Source: an uncultured Christensenellaceae bacterium | GTDB taxonomy: Bacteria; Bacillota; Clostridia; Christensenellales; CAG-1252 | Direction of reading: 5' to 3' | Length of the DNA: 64,000 nt | Assembly (NCBI GenBank): GCA_964391805.1 | Contig: CAYMNK010000005.1 | Span: 30,701 to 94,700, forward strand | In this document: positions 62,200-64,000 of the stretch, in pieces | How the letters are laid out: each line of letters opens with the position of its first letter | How positions within the stretch are numbered: position 1 is the stretch's first letter | The notes under the pieces: generated by a model | Seen by the model: the letters and a program-made list of their open reading frames with translations, nothing else | Told to the model about the DNA's origin: nothing | Databases searched by the model: none | Translations under genes and position numbers: made by a program

Positions 62200-64000
62200 A
62201 AACAACTTTTATAGTTCTTATGGCGGTCCTTGTACTGTTCTTTTTGGTGTGCCCCTATACGGCTTTTGCCGAGGATGTGAGCATCAACTTGTATACCTAC
62301 GGTGGTGAAATAGAAGGGTTTACACCAAACGAATCGGGTGTCGTTTCCGTTGCTGTATCCGATGGCGAAATTATTTTGCCTGTCCCTACTAAACTCGGAT
62401 ACAACTTCCTCGGTTGGACAAGAACCGAAAATGCGGACGATACCGACTACGTAACTGTGTTAAACGGTGACGAAATAACGGCTTCGATAAACCTATATGC
62501 AAACTATTCCTTTGTAGAACCCACCTTAATCGAGCATTTATCCTCCTACAAAGATGTTTATGCTCCCGATATAATTCACACAATGTCGGTCGAGATCGAC
62601 CATCCTCTATCTAAACAAGCCGATATTAGTTATCAATGGTTTAAAGATGATATCTTAATTGAAAATGCTTCGCTTAACGAACTTTCGGTAAAGAATGTAA
62701 GCGATTCTGGTAAATACAAATGCGTCGTATCATTTGACCATCTCGGTATTGAAAGAACATTAACGTCATCGGAAATTACGGTAGATATCCAAAAAGCGAC
62801 ACCGTCCGCACCGATACACCCTATATTAGAAGGAGTGTATGATCCCGAAAAAACACTATCAGATTACCAATTAGAGGATAATTACTATTGGATAGACGAA
62901 AACATAATTCCCGATTGTACGATAAGACAATACCAAGCAGAATATAAACTCGACGAAAACTACAACGTCGTATCAGTAAACATCACATTAATCATAAGCA
63001 AAGCTAAACAAGTTATTTCAGCTCCCGACGTACAAGCGGTTTACGACAAAAATGCTCATAGAATATTCGCAACCGCTACCGACGGAACTATTACATATTC
63101 GAGTAATAACAGTCTAACCGACGTAGGTTTAGTAACTGTGACGATTACGGCAAGCGAAACCGATAATTATCTCGAAGCTACCACTACCGCACTACTCGAG
63201 GTTGTCCAAAAGCCTATAACGGCTGTTTGGAATATCGTTAATTTTGTATACAACGGCCAAATACAACTACCTGTCTATTCTCTTGAAACGGAAGACGAGT
63301 TGACACTTTCCTTCGACAAAGAACCTATCACCGCAGGACAATACGAACTCGTTGCCTCAATAAACAATTCGAACTATGTCCTTACCAATAATACGCTGAA
63401 CATCTCAATAGAAAAGCAGTCGGTTGCGGTTGTGTGGTCGGAAGGCAATTTTGTATACAACGGTCAAGAACAAATGCCCGAATACGTTGCACAAAGTGCA
63501 GAAGGTATAATCCTTAAACTAACTGCCGAAACCATCCCTTCGAACGCCGGCGAACATACCGTATCACTAATACTTGACGAAGAATATGCCGTTAATTATT
63601 TAGTTACGGAGTACGAGCATACCTATTACATTCAAAAAGCCGATATTGATATGTCAAATGTGGTATTCGATGATTTAACCGTTGTTTATGACGGCGAAAA
63701 TCATCGTCCGACGGTGATGGGGCTTCCCGAATTCGTAGAGGTGGAGTATGATGGCGAATTTGCCGATCCGTCTGTTTATACGGTAACAGCAAGTTTCACG
63801 ATAAACAATGCTAATTACAATGATTTGGATGCATTGACTGCTACATTGACAATACTAAGAAAAACATTCACCGCCGATTGGTACGAAATAGAATGCACTT
63901 CAGGAATTGCCCCCGATGTAAACGTATCGCTTCAAAAGATAGATAACCTCGACGGGCTTTATTCTAAGAACAGCGGAAAATACAACTATCTATTCGGTTT
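62178..64000 (+). CDS. Surface protein, 5' partial in window (over 607 aa): signal peptide, InlB-B-repeat-like domain, Ig-like domain, Y(N/D)G MBG-like repeats
   Basis: The frame is open from ATG 62178 to the window edge, so it is absent from the track (no stop codon). GGAGGAG sits 11 nt upstream. MGNTIGIKTTFIVLMAVLVLFFLVCPYTAFA|ED is a signal peptide. LGYNFLGW...LYANY resembles the Listeria-Bacteroides repeat. Other motifs are YQWFKDD...SDSGKYKCVV and the repeats FVYNGQIQLP / FVYNGQEQMP / VVYDGENHRP. Confidence 0.8.
   Translation, partial: MGNTIGIKTTFIVLMAVLVLFFLVCPYTAFAEDVSINLYTYGGEIEGFTPNESGVVSVAVSDGEIILPVPTKLGYNFLGWTRTENADDTDYVTVLNGDEITASINLYANYSFVEPTLIEHLSSYKDVYAPDIIHTMSVEIDHPLSKQADISYQWFKDDILIENASLNELSVKNVSDSGKYKCVVSFDHLGIERTLTSSEITVDIQKATPSAPIHPILEGVYDPEKTLSDYQLEDNYYWIDENIIPDCTIRQYQAEYKLDENYNVVSVNITLIISKAKQVISAPDVQAVYDKNAHRIFATATDGTITYSSNNSLTDVGLVTVTITASETDNYLEATTTALLEVVQKPITAVWNIVNFVYNGQIQLPVYSLETEDELTLSFDKEPITAGQYELVASINNSNYVLTNNTLNISIEKQSVAVVWSEGNFVYNGQEQMPEYVAQSAEGIILKLTAETIPSNAGEHTVSLILDEEYAVNYLVTEYEHTYYIQKADIDMSNVVFDDLTVVYDGENHRPTVMGLPEFVEVEYDGEFADPSVYTVTASFTINNANYNDLDALTATLTILRKTFTADWYEIECTSGIAPDVNVSLQKIDNLDGLYSKNSGKYNYLFG

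Overview
The window looks like chromosome from a low-GC, endospore-forming Firmicute, because a clear spoIIID orthologue sits at 54142-54411. Two adjacent minus-strand giant ORFs (3405-53847) fill about 79% of it.

**Giant 2 (22462-53826; the ORF opens at 53847; about 10,454 aa)**
- It has an N-terminal lipoprotein signal.
- About 7,500 aa follow, made of roughly 19-20 highly diverged modules of 330-480 aa that I cannot assign to any family.
- Six Cys-rich clusters occur, five at module junctions. They are built on a recurrent C-G-C-x4-C-x3-G-x-C mini-domain.
- The C-terminal part is about 2,800 aa of Ig-like repeats, 18 of them carrying a 'GNxxGGYQ' signature.

**Giant 1 (3405-22280; 6,291 aa)**
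- It has a cleavable signal peptide.
- It carries 14-15 adhesin-type beta-helix modules ('FxGxFDGNGxTI ... GLFG') with more than 30 GLUG-like GG[LIV][LIVA]G motifs.
- An InlB-B-repeat-like segment and MBG(YGX)-like repeats follow.
- It ends in a C-terminal TM anchor and an acidic cytoplasmic tail.

**Around the giants**
- A third surface-protein gene starts at 62178 and runs off the window.
- An approximately 190-nt hairpin-rich direct repeat (3073-3264 and 54419-54615) brackets giant 1, giant 2 and spoIIID. Shorter copies of its core sit at other 3' gene ends.
- The flanking genes are ordinary: an exported hypothetical protein, an ECF-S-like membrane protein, a lipoprotein, a TtcA-family PP-loop ATPase, a fused MacB-type ABC transporter, an MFS transporter with a large extra loop domain, and an ABC-F ATPase.
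- I saw no rRNA, tRNA, CRISPR array or transposase.

**Limits**
All domain names come from reading motifs by eye. No database search or structure prediction was possible, and promoter calls are motif matches only.
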